A stretch of 64,000 nucleotides of DNA from Bryobacterales bacterium. Its GTDB lineage: Bacteria; Acidobacteriota; Terriglobia; Bryobacterales; UBA6623. Shown here piece after piece: positions 18,611 to 29,176 of the stretch. Where the stretch lies: assembly GCA_965224215.1 (NCBI GenBank), contig CBDCYS010000055.1, forward strand, positions 4,409 to 68,408, given 5' to 3'. The notes under the pieces were generated by a model. The model searched no databases. It was not told the DNA's origin and worked only from the letters and a program-made list of their open reading frames with translations. The translations under genes and the position numbers were made by a program. Every line of letters starts with the position of its first letter. The first letter of the stretch is position 1.

Positions 18611-21598
18611 GTGCGTTCACTTTTGCTGATGCTGATTGCGGCGACGTTTGCCGCCGCACAGGCTCCTGGAGCCGAAGTCGAGGGATTGAACGTGCTCGAG
18701 GTGGACTTCTCGCCACCTCGCCAGCCTCTCACGCAGATACACCTGAGCGAAGTCGTCACTGTGAAGGTAGGGGCCCCGTACAACGGCCGTCAGGTTGGCG
18801 AAACTCTGCACAACCTGTTCGCCACCGGACGCTATTCCCCACAGATTGCAGTCGACGTCACGAAGCAGGATGGAGGCGTCAAAGTCACCTTTCTCGCGGA
18901 GCCGAGTTGGTTTATCGGCCTGGTTCGCATTGTCGGTTCTCCCGGTCCTCCCACCGAGAGTCAGCTGCTCAACGTCACCGAGCTGGAGTTAGGCGAAGTC
19001 TACACAGAAGACAAGGTGCAATTCGCGAAACAAGAGATACGCCGTATGCTCGAAGCTAATGGCTTTTTCGCGCCAAGAATCACGCATACGGCCATCGACA
19101 ATCCGGAGTACCAGCAGCGTGACATCGAGATAACTCTTGTGCCGGGGCTGCGCGCGGGTATTGGCGACATCATCGTCGCCAGGGAGTCACCCGATGCGGC
19201 GCCGGTGCTGAGCGCCGAGGAAGTCCGGCGGATCACGAGATGGCGCCAGGGCAAGCCGTTTCATCAGCGGCGGATTCGGGAAGGACTCAGTCGTCTCGAG
19301 AAGCACTTTCACAAGGACGACCGCTGGCGGGCGGAGCCACGCGTCACCGGCTCCGAGCCGGATCCAGACACCAACCTGGTCTCTATCGTGCTCCAACTCA
19401 ACCGCGGACCGCGCGTAAAGGTTCGAGTCGAGGGTCAGCAGTTCTCTTCCAATCAATTGCGCAAATACCTCCCGATCTACGAGGAGGGCGTGGTTGACGA
19501 TGACCTGCTGGAGGAGGGGCGCCGCAACCTTCGTGACCATCTGCAAACCCGCGGCTACTTTGACGCGAAGGTGAACTACTTTCGCGAAACAGAACGGGCC
19601 GAAGAGGTCGTGATCGTCTACAACGTTGACCGGGGCCGGCGGCACCGATTGGTGCGGCTCAATATTCAAGGCAACCGGTTCTTCGATTTCGATACGATTC
19701 GTGAGCGCATGCTGATCCAGCGAAAGAGCTTCCAGCTCAGAAGGGGCCGTTACAACGAAAGCATGCTCCAACGGGACACGTTGACCATCGAGGATCTGTA
19801 CCGATCGAACGGTTTCCGCGACGTCAAAGTGGAAGGCCGTGTCGAAGACGACCTGGGCGGCCGGGAAGGTCACCTAGCGGTCACGATTGCGATCGACGAG
19901 GGGGAACCGACAATCGTCTCTGAAGTACGGATCCATGGAGCCGAAAAGATCGCGGCCGACGAGTTCTATCCTGAGCTTGCTTCGGCGCCTAACCAGGTCT
20001 TTAGCGAACTGAGTATCGCTACCGATAGAGACCTGATTATGGGGACCTACTTCGATAACGGATATCAGGATGCCCGCTTTAGTTGGAAACAGATCCCCAC
20101 GGAAGAGCCAAACCGCGTCACCGTCGACTACTCCATCGTGGAAGGGGAGAGCCTACTCATCCGCCGTCCTATCGTCACCGGACTGAAACACACTCAAGAA
20201 TCTCTGGTAAACGGCCAAGTTCGCGTCATCCCCGGCGCCCCGTTGTCACAAAGCGCGATGTTCGAGACGCAGCGGCGGCTCTATGACCTGGGGATCTTTT
20301 CCAAAGTCGATGTCGATCTCCAGAATCCCGAAGGCACCGAGCCCGCTAAGAACGTGCTCTTGCAGTTACAAGAGGCCCGTCGCTGGACGGTCGGCGTGGG
20401 AGGAGGTGCTGAGTTCGCTCGCATTGGCGGGAATACGGCGGACTTGACATCACCGGTCGGCGATGCCTCGTTCAGCCCCCGACTCACGCTGGAGCTAACC
20501 CGGCTGAATCTGCACGGGCGGGGTCATACCGCAAGCATGCGAACCCGTTTCTCGAATCTGCAACAGAGAGCCCTGTTTACCTACGAAGCCCCGCGTTTCA
20601 CCGGGTCGGACAAGTGGCGCATGATCGTCAGCGGCCTGTTGGATACCTCGCGCAACGTGCGAACGTTTGCTGGAAGGCGATTGGAGGGGGCGCTGCAGCT
20701 TCAGCAAAAAATCAACAAGCCTTCGACCGCACTCTACCGTTACACCTACCGGCGCACTTCGATCGACCAGGCTACCCTACAGATCACGCCAGAGCTGATC
20801 CCGTTGGCAGCGCAGCCGGTCCGTGTGGCGTTGTTCTCAGGCACCTACATTCAAGACCGCCGAGACGATCCGACCGATGCCACTAAGGGTACCTACAACA
20901 CTGTCGACCTGAGTCTCGCCTCAAATATCTGGGGATCGCAAGCCGACTTCCTCCGGGTTCTGGGGCAAAATAGCACCTACTACCGGCTGGGGAGAGGGTT
21001 GGTCCTCGCGCGGACGGTTCAGCTAGGGCTCATGTCGCCACGCGGCAGTTTTCCACAACCGGTTTCGGCTGCGACAGATTCATTTGATTTCGCTTCGATA
21101 CCAGATACACGGATTCCTCTGTCAGAAAGGTTCTTTGGTGGCGGGGCCAACTCCCATCGTGGTTTCCCGGTCAACCAGGCCGGGCCTCGTGACCCGACCA
21201 CCGGATTCCCGATCGGTGGCGGCGCTCTTTTTGTGAACACTGTCGAGCTGCGCTTCCCCTTGGTCGGTGAGAATATCGGCGGCGTGCTGTTTCATGACGC
21301 CGGCAATATTTACTCGCGGCCGGGACGAATCAGCTTTAAGGGCTCACAAGAAGCAATCGTCGAGAATGCGGCGACAACCGGCTACGAGTTCGATTACATG
21401 GTGCACGCGATCGGCTTCGGCCTGCGCTACCGCACGCCGGTTGGTCCGGTTCGCCTCGACCTGGCATACAGTGTCAACCCGCCGCGCTTTATCGGGTTCC
21501 GCGGCACCAGGGACGAACTGCTGGCCGGAGGGGGGTCCATCTCCAACCAACGTATTTCTGGTTTTCAGTTTCACTTTTCCTTAGGTCAGAGATTCTAG
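18611..21598 (+). CDS. bamA: outer membrane protein assembly factor BamA (POTRA repeats + Omp85 barrel)
   Basis: GTG start, signal peptide MRSLLLMLIAATFAAAQA, repeated POTRA-like modules, and a C-terminal barrel with ERFFGGGANSHRGF and FHDAGN...GFGLRY motifs. Confidence 0.9.
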   Translation: MRSLLLMLIAATFAAAQAPGAEVEGLNVLEVDFSPPRQPLTQIHLSEVVTVKVGAPYNGRQVGETLHNLFATGRYSPQIAVDVTKQDGGVKVTFLAEPSWFIGLVRIVGSPGPPTESQLLNVTELELGEVYTEDKVQFAKQEIRRMLEANGFFAPRITHTAIDNPEYQQRDIEITLVPGLRAGIGDIIVARESPDAAPVLSAEEVRRITRWRQGKPFHQRRIREGLSRLEKHFHKDDRWRAEPRVTGSEPDPDTNLVSIVLQLNRGPRVKVRVEGQQFSSNQLRKYLPIYEEGVVDDDLLEEGRRNLRDHLQTRGYFDAKVNYFRETERAEEVVIVYNVDRGRRHRLVRLNIQGNRFFDFDTIRERMLIQRKSFQLRRGRYNESMLQRDTLTIEDLYRSNGFRDVKVEGRVEDDLGGREGHLAVTIAIDEGEPTIVSEVRIHGAEKIAADEFYPELASAPNQVFSELSIATDRDLIMGTYFDNGYQDARFSWKQIPTEEPNRVTVDYSIVEGESLLIRRPIVTGLKHTQESLVNGQVRVIPGAPLSQSAMFETQRRLYDLGIFSKVDVDLQNPEGTEPAKNVLLQLQEARRWTVGVGGGAEFARIGGNTADLTSPVGDASFSPRLTLELTRLNLHGRGHTASMRTRFSNLQQRALFTYEAPRFTGSDKWRMIVSGLLDTSRNVRTFAGRRLEGALQLQQKINKPSTALYRYTYRRTSIDQATLQITPELIPLAAQPVRVALFSGTYIQDRRDDPTDATKGTYNTVDLSLASNIWGSQADFLRVLGQNSTYYRLGRGLVLARTVQLGLMSPRGSFPQPVSAATDSFDFASIPDTRIPLSERFFGGGANSHRGFPVNQAGPRDPTTGFPIGGGALFVNTVELRFPLVGENIGGVLFHDAGNIYSRPGRISFKGSQEAIVENAATTGYEFDYMVHAIGFGLRYRTPVGPVRLDLAYSVNPPRFIGFRGTRDELLAGGGSISNQRISGFQFHFSLGQRF

Positions 21599-21622
21599 CG
21601 GGCAAAAGATTCTAGGTCCTCA

Positions 21623-22321
21623 ATGCAGAGATTCCAAATGCAACCTCGAAATAACGCGCTGGTTCCTTTGATCTGCTGCTTGCTGCTCGCCAGTGTCGCG
21701 CGTGCGGAGATTCTCGACAAAATCGTCGCCGTGGTTGGCCAGGGCATCATCACCGGCAGTCAAGTCGACCAGCAGTTGCGGTTGGAGTCCTTCATCAATC
21801 AGCGCCCCGTGGACAATTCCGTTCAGGCGCGTTCGCTCGCCTTGCAGCGGCTCATCGATCAGAGCCTGATCTCTCAGGAGATGCTGGTCACGAGGTTCTT
21901 GGGCGCGAGTGACCCGCAGATTGAGCAGGAACTGGCCGACTCACGCGGGCAAGAATTCCCAAACGGAATGAGCTTCGACGCCGCGCTGAAAGCTTACAAC
22001 CTCTCCGAAGAAGACCTCAAGGATTTCTTGCGGCGGCAGCTCAACGTGCTGCGGTTCATCGAGTTCCGCTTTCGCACCGGCATGGAGGTATCGGAGGATG
22101 AAATCAAGAGCTATTACGAGAATGACTACACGCCGCAGGTGCGGCTCGTGGAAGCAAGAGTTCCCGAGCCGTTAACCGAAGTGCAAGAACAAATTCGTGA
22201 GGTCGTCGTTCGGCAGAAGGTCGACGCTCTGCTCGACGATTGGCTCAAGCGAGCCCGTGCCACTTCGCGGCTGGATGTCGTGGAGGGCATGGACTCGGCG
22301 GGGATCACAAGGGTACCGTGA
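21623..22321 (+). CDS. SurA N-terminal-domain periplasmic chaperone-like protein (no PPIase domain)
   Basis: Signal peptide, then EILDKIVAVVGQGIITGSQVDQQLRLE..., typical of the SurA_N chaperone domain. Confidence 0.6.
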   Translation: MQRFQMQPRNNALVPLICCLLLASVARAEILDKIVAVVGQGIITGSQVDQQLRLESFINQRPVDNSVQARSLALQRLIDQSLISQEMLVTRFLGASDPQIEQELADSRGQEFPNGMSFDAALKAYNLSEEDLKDFLRRQLNVLRFIEFRFRTGMEVSEDEIKSYYENDYTPQVRLVEARVPEPLTEVQEQIREVVVRQKVDALLDDWLKRARATSRLDVVEGMDSAGITRVP

Positions 22322-22395
22322 CGATCGCCTTGGAATCAGTCCGCGGAATTGTCCGCCCTTCCTCGCGATGGCCCAGCTGTCATTTGAACTAGCGC

Positions 22396-25300
22396 ATGCA
22401 AAACGCTCTGCTCCAGATCCCGCGAAACCCCTGGACGATCGTGCTCGCCACTGTGGCGGCTGTGCTCTCGATCGCGCTGATCGGACTCCACTTCGTCGCG
22501 CAGACGGACTGGTTCAAGCAAGAGATCCACGACCGGCTCGTCGCCGGTCTCGAGGAAGCCACCGGAGGCCGCGTCGAAATCGGCGACCCGGACTTTTCCC
22601 TGTTCGGCCGTAGCTTAGAGATTCGCGACCTCACGATTCATGGGAAAGAAACTCCCCCCGCCCCTCCTCTTCTGCAAATCCCTATCGTCCGGCTAAGATT
22701 CGGAATCGACTCGCTCTGGGAAGGGCAGGTGTCGCTGCGGGAGCTTCAGTTGCTGGACCTGGCCGCGCATATCGAGGTGGCGGCGGATGGAACGAGTAAT
22801 GTCCCAGAACCGCCGGCCAACGAAGACCAGCAGTTCGGCCCCGATCTTTTCGACGTCGCGGTTGAGCTGTTTGAGCTGGATCGTGGCAGCGTTTACTGGA
22901 ACGGCAAGCGCTACGATGCTTCCTTTTTGGCGGAAGACCTGCGTGTCAGGACTCAATTCGACCCCGAAGGCGAACGCTATGTCGCTCGCATTCGGTTGCG
23001 CGAATCGTCGGCTGAAATCGGTGAGCTGAGGCCCCTGCTTTCGAGAGGAGAAGCCGACGTCTGGCTTTATCGAGACCGCATCGAAATACCGAACATTTTG
23101 CTTGCGGTGGGGGATTCCCAGCTGTCCGGCGATATCCATCTCGATGGCTGGCGGCAGCCAAACGCCGTGGCCAACTATGCAGCGAACATTGACCTTCCCG
23201 CGCTTGCCGAATGGCTCGATAACGAAGTGATCCAGAGCGGCACGGCGAACGTAGCGGGCAAGGTGAGCTGGAAAGCCGCCGAACAAGAGCTAACCTATAG
23301 CGGTGTTGTGTCCGTTGCGGACGCGAGCGCAAAGACGGCTGTTGGCGCTGTTGGCGCAGTCTCAGCTGAGGCCGAGTTTTCCGGCGACCAAGATAGTCTT
23401 GCGATAGCCCCCCTGAGGCTCGGCATCTGGGGCAGCTCACTTAGTGGGTCGGCGAGAGTGGGCAATCTCCAGGGCCCGGCCGCTCCTCACGTGCGGTTGG
23501 AAGGCGAGATCCAGGATGTGGCCTTGGATGAGGTTTACGCCGCGCTGGACCCCGTCACTGGGCCGTTCGGATCGCTGGCCCGGTTTGAAACTCTGCCATG
23601 GTCTGAAAATCTTCCATGGATGAGTACGCTCGGGGCTCGAATTGAAGTCGAGGGTGAGCCGGAGAATCTGCAGGCTGATTTTACGCTGACGCTTTCGGGT
23701 CCGGACATGGCGGCCCCTGGAGAGTCCCCTACCGATCAACCGACGCCCGACCAGCCGGCCGGCCGTACGCCTTTGGACGGCTTTCTCGAGCTGCATTACA
23801 ACGTTTTCGATCAGACCGCTCAGCTACAAAGATTCGAGCTGAAAACCCCCCATACCCGGATCGAGGCATCAGGAACCGTTGCCTCGAACGCCCATTCCGC
23901 ATTGCACGTAGCCGTGAACCTGAGTTCCATGAATGACGTCGCCGTTTTGTTCCAAGCCGCGGGCCGAACTCTCGACGACCTTCCTTTTCAACTGAACGGT
24001 GATTCGACAGTCGAGGGCGACTTGCGCGGAAACTTTCTCGCCGAGGGAATCCAGCAAGCGATTTTCACCGGGGATTTGACTGTCTCCAATATCCATGTGC
24101 AGGGCTACGACATCCATCGCGTTGCCGGTCAGTTCGAACTCGCCCGCGACCGCCTGAACGTCAATGATGCAAGCATCGAATATGACTCGGCCCGTGTGGC
24201 CGTCAGCCTAAGCTTGCCGCTGGAGGACGCATCGATTGCCCCTGAGTTGCCCTTGTCGGCCGAGATCGAGATCGTCGGCCTCGACACCCAACCCCTGCTG
24301 GCAAAGGCCGGGGTCGACGCCCCGCTGCTGGGAAGGCTCGAGGGCCGCGTGGCGGTTCGCGGGAGTTTTGCTAGCCCAACTGGCGAAGGACGGCTCGAGA
24401 TGCGCGACGTCCAGCTGCGCGGCGATCCGTTCGAGAGTCTCGCGGGCCGATTCAAATTCAGCAAAGAAAAGTTGACGATCCAATCACTCGAAGTTGTTCG
24501 CGAGGGGGCTCGCGTCCAGGGGAATGCGGAGTTCGAACCAGCTCGCAAGCAGTTGACGTTCGAGACGGAAAGCTCCGATTGGCCCCTCGCCTATTTACCC
24601 GTGCTGGCTGAGGCGGAGGACCGGCCCAGAGGTACGTTGCGCTTCAAGCTAGCCGGATCCGGCCGCCTGGGGGAGGGTGAGGAGCTATTCGAGGATCTCG
24701 AGGCGACCGGTTCCTGGGCGGTACCGGATCTGACGGTCGGAGGCAAAGAACTCGGGCAGTTCGAGGGCGTCGTTGAAACGGTTGGAGACGAAGTCGCGCT
24801 CAACTGGCAAGGAAATGCGTTTGCCGGAACCATCGAGGGCCGTACGCGGCTGCAGCCGCGCGGGTCGTTTAACGGACAGGTGGAGTTCAAAGGGATCGAC
24901 GCGGTTGCGCTTGCTCGCATGGCTGACGTGCCGTTCGCGCAGTTGACGGGGGAACTCGACGGCAGTTGCTCGTTTTCGGGCGACGCTTTGAAACTCGAAG
25001 AGCTTCGGGCGAGCGGAGAGATGACGCGCCTCGAGTTTGCGCTGGCCGATATTCCCGGCTCGGAGAATGGTTATTCCATTTCCAATCTCCCTTTTCCGAT
25101 GCGCTGGAGTCTCGAGAATCAGACCTTGCGGCTCGACCGGATGCGATTGCTCGGCCCAGGGCCCGCCGATGCTCCCGAGCAGGAAGGAACAGATGTCGAA
25201 ATCAACGGCACTGTTGGATTTGGAGCGCCGGGGGATTTCGACCTGGCCTTGACGGGAACCTTCAATCTCGCCGTCGCCCAGAGTTTTGACTCGAACCTGA

Positions 25301-26520
25301 GAGCGGCCGGGGTTTCGACTGTGCAGATCAAGGTCTCGGGGGACTTGAGTGATCCGGTGGTACGGGGCAGTCTGGAAGTGAGAAATGGCACGCTCCGCTA
25401 CGCCGAGTTACCAAACGGCCTGAGCGGAATGAACGGTCGAGTAACCTTTACCGGCAAGCATGTTCGAATCGATGAACTCACCGCGGCCACCGGTGGAGGG
25501 CGGGTGCGGCTATCGGGCAATGCGGACTTTGAAGAAACCTTACGCTACAGCTTCAGCGCGGAGGCCGAAAAAGTTCGCATCCGCTACCCGCCAGTGAGTA
25601 CCATCGTGGACGGTGAATTTACTCTCGCCGGCACCGACGTCCAAAGTCTCTTGAGCGGGGACCTTGTTGTCGAGCGTGCCGCCCTGAGTCCGGACATCGA
25701 TCTGGGTGGGATTCTGGCTTCGCTCGGAGAGCCATCGGCTGCACCGGCCAGCGGCCCGGCGCTCTCGAACATGCAGCTCAGCGTTCTGGTCAGGTCCATC
25801 CCGGGCCTGCGAGTCGAAACGAATCTCGTTCGTGACATGCAGACGCGGATCGACCTGCGCGTGACCGGAACCGCGCTACAACCGTCGCTATTTGGGCGCG
25901 TCAGCGTGACGCAAGGCGAGGTCTCGTTCCACGGCGGGCGATATTTCATCAACCGAGGAGATGTGGATTTCGTAAGTCCTTTCCGCATCGAGCCCGTCGT
26001 CAACTTTGAGCTCGAAACGCGCGTCCGCGACGTGGACGTGGCCCTTGTCCTTTCCGGTCCGGCGCGGAAAATGAACCTCAGCTACCGCTCGGATCCGCCG
26101 TTGCAGTTCAACGAACTGGTCAGCCTGATCACAGCCGGCCGGGCTCCCAGCCAGGACCCCGTTTTCGCCTCCCAGCAAACAATCGCACAGCAGGGCATCT
26201 TGCAGGCCGGGGCGAACACGGTGCTTTCCAATGCTCTGGCGCAGCCTGTTTCCGGGCGACTACGACGCTTCTTTGGGGTGAGCCGGTTGCGAGTCGATCC
26301 CCAGATTGGCGGCGCCGAGGCCAATCCCAGCGCTCGTATCTCAACCGAACAGCAACTGACGAACGACCTGACTCTGATCTACAGCTACGATCTTTCCTCC
26401 GCCCAACAGCAGGTTGTGCGGGTCGAATGGACCCCCAGTCGTCGCTTTTCGCTGATCTTCACACGCGACGAAAACGGGCTCGTCGGCGGCGACTTTCTGT
26501 ACAAGAAAAGGCTGCGCTAA
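22396..26520 (+). CDS. tamB: translocation and assembly module protein TamB (AsmA-like, DUF490 C-terminus)
   Basis: 1374 aa with a single N-terminal TM anchor and a long beta-rich body. The C-terminal block ..LSYRSDPPL...ELVSLI..G......RL..FFGVSRLRVDP.... matches the TamB/DUF490 end. Confidence 0.85.
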   Translation: MQNALLQIPRNPWTIVLATVAAVLSIALIGLHFVAQTDWFKQEIHDRLVAGLEEATGGRVEIGDPDFSLFGRSLEIRDLTIHGKETPPAPPLLQIPIVRLRFGIDSLWEGQVSLRELQLLDLAAHIEVAADGTSNVPEPPANEDQQFGPDLFDVAVELFELDRGSVYWNGKRYDASFLAEDLRVRTQFDPEGERYVARIRLRESSAEIGELRPLLSRGEADVWLYRDRIEIPNILLAVGDSQLSGDIHLDGWRQPNAVANYAANIDLPALAEWLDNEVIQSGTANVAGKVSWKAAEQELTYSGVVSVADASAKTAVGAVGAVSAEAEFSGDQDSLAIAPLRLGIWGSSLSGSARVGNLQGPAAPHVRLEGEIQDVALDEVYAALDPVTGPFGSLARFETLPWSENLPWMSTLGARIEVEGEPENLQADFTLTLSGPDMAAPGESPTDQPTPDQPAGRTPLDGFLELHYNVFDQTAQLQRFELKTPHTRIEASGTVASNAHSALHVAVNLSSMNDVAVLFQAAGRTLDDLPFQLNGDSTVEGDLRGNFLAEGIQQAIFTGDLTVSNIHVQGYDIHRVAGQFELARDRLNVNDASIEYDSARVAVSLSLPLEDASIAPELPLSAEIEIVGLDTQPLLAKAGVDAPLLGRLEGRVAVRGSFASPTGEGRLEMRDVQLRGDPFESLAGRFKFSKEKLTIQSLEVVREGARVQGNAEFEPARKQLTFETESSDWPLAYLPVLAEAEDRPRGTLRFKLAGSGRLGEGEELFEDLEATGSWAVPDLTVGGKELGQFEGVVETVGDEVALNWQGNAFAGTIEGRTRLQPRGSFNGQVEFKGIDAVALARMADVPFAQLTGELDGSCSFSGDALKLEELRASGEMTRLEFALADIPGSENGYSISNLPFPMRWSLENQTLRLDRMRLLGPGPADAPEQEGTDVEINGTVGFGAPGDFDLALTGTFNLAVAQSFDSNLRAAGVSTVQIKVSGDLSDPVVRGSLEVRNGTLRYAELPNGLSGMNGRVTFTGKHVRIDELTAATGGGRVRLSGNADFEETLRYSFSAEAEKVRIRYPPVSTIVDGEFTLAGTDVQSLLSGDLVVERAALSPDIDLGGILASLGEPSAAPASGPALSNMQLSVLVRSIPGLRVETNLVRDMQTRIDLRVTGTALQPSLFGRVSVTQGEVSFHGGRYFINRGDVDFVSPFRIEPVVNFELETRVRDVDVALVLSGPARKMNLSYRSDPPLQFNELVSLITAGRAPSQDPVFASQQTIAQQGILQAGANTVLSNALAQPVSGRLRRFFGVSRLRVDPQIGGAEANPSARISTEQQLTNDLTLIYSYDLSSAQQQVVRVEWTPSRRFSLIFTRDENGLVGGDFLYKKRLR

Positions 26521-27171
26521 GTGAAGACTTGGGATGAGTTGCGCCAGCAGATGGTTGACCGGCAGCTCCGCAGGCGCGGCATACGGAGTGAGCGCGTTCT
26601 TCAAGCGATGGAAACCGTTCCCCGTCACGAATTCGTGCCACTCGCCAGCCGCAATCGCGCTTATGCCGATGAACCGGAGCCTATCGGGGCGCTGCAAACG
26701 ATCTCGCAGCCCTATATCGTGGCGGCCATGGCCGAGGCGTTGAATCTCGAGGAGAGCGATACGGTTCTAGAAGTTGGGGCCGGGTGCGGTTACAGTGCGG
26801 CGGTGATGGCGCTCTTGGCGATGCGCGTTTACGCTATCGAAATCGAGCCCGCCCTCGTGAACTCAGCCCGCGACAACCTAGCGCGGACCGGTTTCGCGGA
26901 ACGGGTCACTGTCATCGCTGCGGACGGGACTCTCGGGTATCCACAGGAAGCGCCTTTTCAGGCAATCTCGGTCGCCGCCGCGGCCCCGGCTGTCCCTCCC
27001 GCGCTGCTGGAGCAGCTCGACCCCGAAGGCGGACGCCTAGTGATTCCAGTAGGTTCGATTTACGATCAGGAGTTGCGGCTCATTCGAAAGTTCGGGAAGA
27101 AGTTCGACACTCGCATCATCACCGGCTGCCGCTTTGTACTGCTGCGAGGAGAACAGGGTTGGCAGGACTAG
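26521..27171 (+). CDS. pcm: protein-L-isoaspartate O-methyltransferase
   Basis: GTG start abutting the tamB stop. ..RHEFVP...AY.D.P..IG..QTISQPYIVA.M.E.L......VLEVGAGCGY.AAV.. fits the family. Confidence 0.9.
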   Translation: MKTWDELRQQMVDRQLRRRGIRSERVLQAMETVPRHEFVPLASRNRAYADEPEPIGALQTISQPYIVAAMAEALNLEESDTVLEVGAGCGYSAAVMALLAMRVYAIEIEPALVNSARDNLARTGFAERVTVIAADGTLGYPQEAPFQAISVAAAAPAVPPALLEQLDPEGGRLVIPVGSIYDQELRLIRKFGKKFDTRIITGCRFVLLRGEQGWQD

Positions 27172-27243
27172 CGGGTGGCCGGGAACACGGCCGCGGGCCT
27201 CAGCGCGGCGGGGCTACCCGTCAACGGGAGACTTGAGGAAGCC

Positions 27244-29144
27244 GTGACCAAACACATCATTGTCGGCACGGCGGGCCACATCGATCACGGCAAAACCGCC
27301 CTTGTCAAAGCGCTGACCGGTATCGATGCCGATCGGCTCGAGGAAGAAAAACGCCGCGGTATTACGATTGACATCGGTTTCGCGCATCTCGATTTGGGCA
27401 ACGACCTGCGACTGGGGTTCGTCGACGTACCGGGGCATGAGAAGTTCGTCAAGAACATGCTGGCCGGCGTCGGCGGCATCGATCTTGTCATGCTCGTGAT
27501 CGCCGCCGACGAGTCGATCATGCCGCAGACCCGTGAGCACTTCGACATTTGCCGGTTACTGGATATTCCCAAAGGGCTTGTCGCCGTCACGAAAACCGAC
27601 ATGGTCGACAGCGAGTTCGTCGATCTAGTCACGCTTGAAGCCGAGGAATATCTCACCGGATCATTCCTTGAAGGGGCGCCGATCGTCCCCATCAGCTCAA
27701 AGACCGGGGAGGGTATTGAAGAGCTCCAGCAGCAGCTCGGACGCTTGGCGCGTGAAGCCGAACCCAAGAACAGCCGCCATCATTTCCGGCTCCCGATCGA
27801 CCGTGTTTTCGTCATGAAGGGCTTCGGCAGCGTAGTAACCGGGACGATGGTTTCCGGTTCGCTGGGCATCGACTCGGAGGTCGAGATTCTGCCGGATCAG
27901 AGGCGGGTGCGGGTGCGCGGCATCGAAGTTCATGACCGCCAAGCTGAGCGTGCTGTCGCGGGCCAGCGGACCGCCATTAACCTCGCCGGCGTTGACGCGT
28001 CGAGCTTGCATCGTGGCATGGTGTTGGCAGCGGCCGGCAAGTTCCAGCCCAGTCTCCGGATCGACTGCTCGCTGGATTTGTTGCCATCGGCAAGACCTCT
28101 GAAGTACGGTGCTCGTGTCCACTTTCACACCGGCGCGGCGGAGATCGAGGGGCGCGTCTACTTCCTTGACCGGCGAGCGGTGCTCAAGCCGGGCGAGTCA
28201 GCCTATACGCAGGTCCGTTTTCAGGATCCTCTCGTCGTACTCAGAGGAGACCGCTTTATTGTCCGGCAGTTCTCTCCCGTGGTCACGATTGGCGGCGGGG
28301 TGGTGCTAGACAATCTAGCGCCTCGCCATCGCAACTCGGAAGATTGGTTGTCCAAGCTGGAGGCGCTTGAAACAGGTCAACCCAACGAGATATTGGAGGC
28401 GCTGATCCGGGGCGAACCCTACGGTCTCAGCTCAGCCGAAATCATCTCCCGAACGGCCTGGCTCGATGAGGAATACGAGCACTCCGTTCGAGCGCTTGAA
28501 CAGCAAGGCGTTGCGGTCAAAGTACACGATTCGCCAACTTGGCTGGTGCATCGTGATCCGTTTCGCGCGGCCTTGAACCAGGTCAGCGTTTTTCTCGGGC
28601 TGTTCACAAGGAGAACCCGCTCCTGCCCGGCGCTCCGAAGGAAGCCCTGCGCAGTACGGAGTTCGCCAGCGCGCCCGCGTTCTTTATTGATGCGCTGCTC
28701 GCCCGGCTCGTCCGCGATAAGAAGGTGGCCATCGACGCGGAACCGGTGAGATTGCTGACTCACCGGGTGGTCCTGCAGCAGGACGAACAAGAGGCGCGTG
28801 ACAAGATCGTCTCCGCTTTTGAGCAGGCGGGCCTGGCAGTGCCTGCACTACCCGAGTTGCTTTCTCAGTTGCAGATCGACGCGCCCCGAGCACGAAGGAT
28901 TCTGCAGGGATTGCTTCGGGAAAAACTGCTCGTAAAAGTGACCGCCGATCTCGTCTTCCACACCGATTCCATCGAACGGCTAAAGAGCCTGCTACAAGAC
29001 CGAAAAAGGGAGTCGGATCGAATCACCGTGCCCGTCTTCAAGGATTTGGCGGAAATCAGTCGTAAATACGCAATACCGCTACTCGAGTACCTCGATCGCG
29101 AAAAGGTAACCCGGCGGGTGGGCGATGAGCGACTTATCCTGTAA
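27244..29144 (+). pseudogene. selB: selenocysteine-specific elongation factor SelB, reading frame broken once (or a 1-nt assembly error)
   Basis: GTG 27244 follows [40 protein letters not shown] and the EF-Tu-like domains II/III run to about 28600. After a -1 break, the frame of ORF 28725..29144 continues with FHKENPLLPGAPKEALRS... and the winged-helix SECIS-binding end (..ISRKYAIPLLEYLDREKVTRRVGDERL). The break lies in 28589-28602 (T5/G3 runs). Confidence 0.8.
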
Positions 29145-29176
29145 GCGGGCGCCTTTTCCGGGGAAAGCTCTGACAA

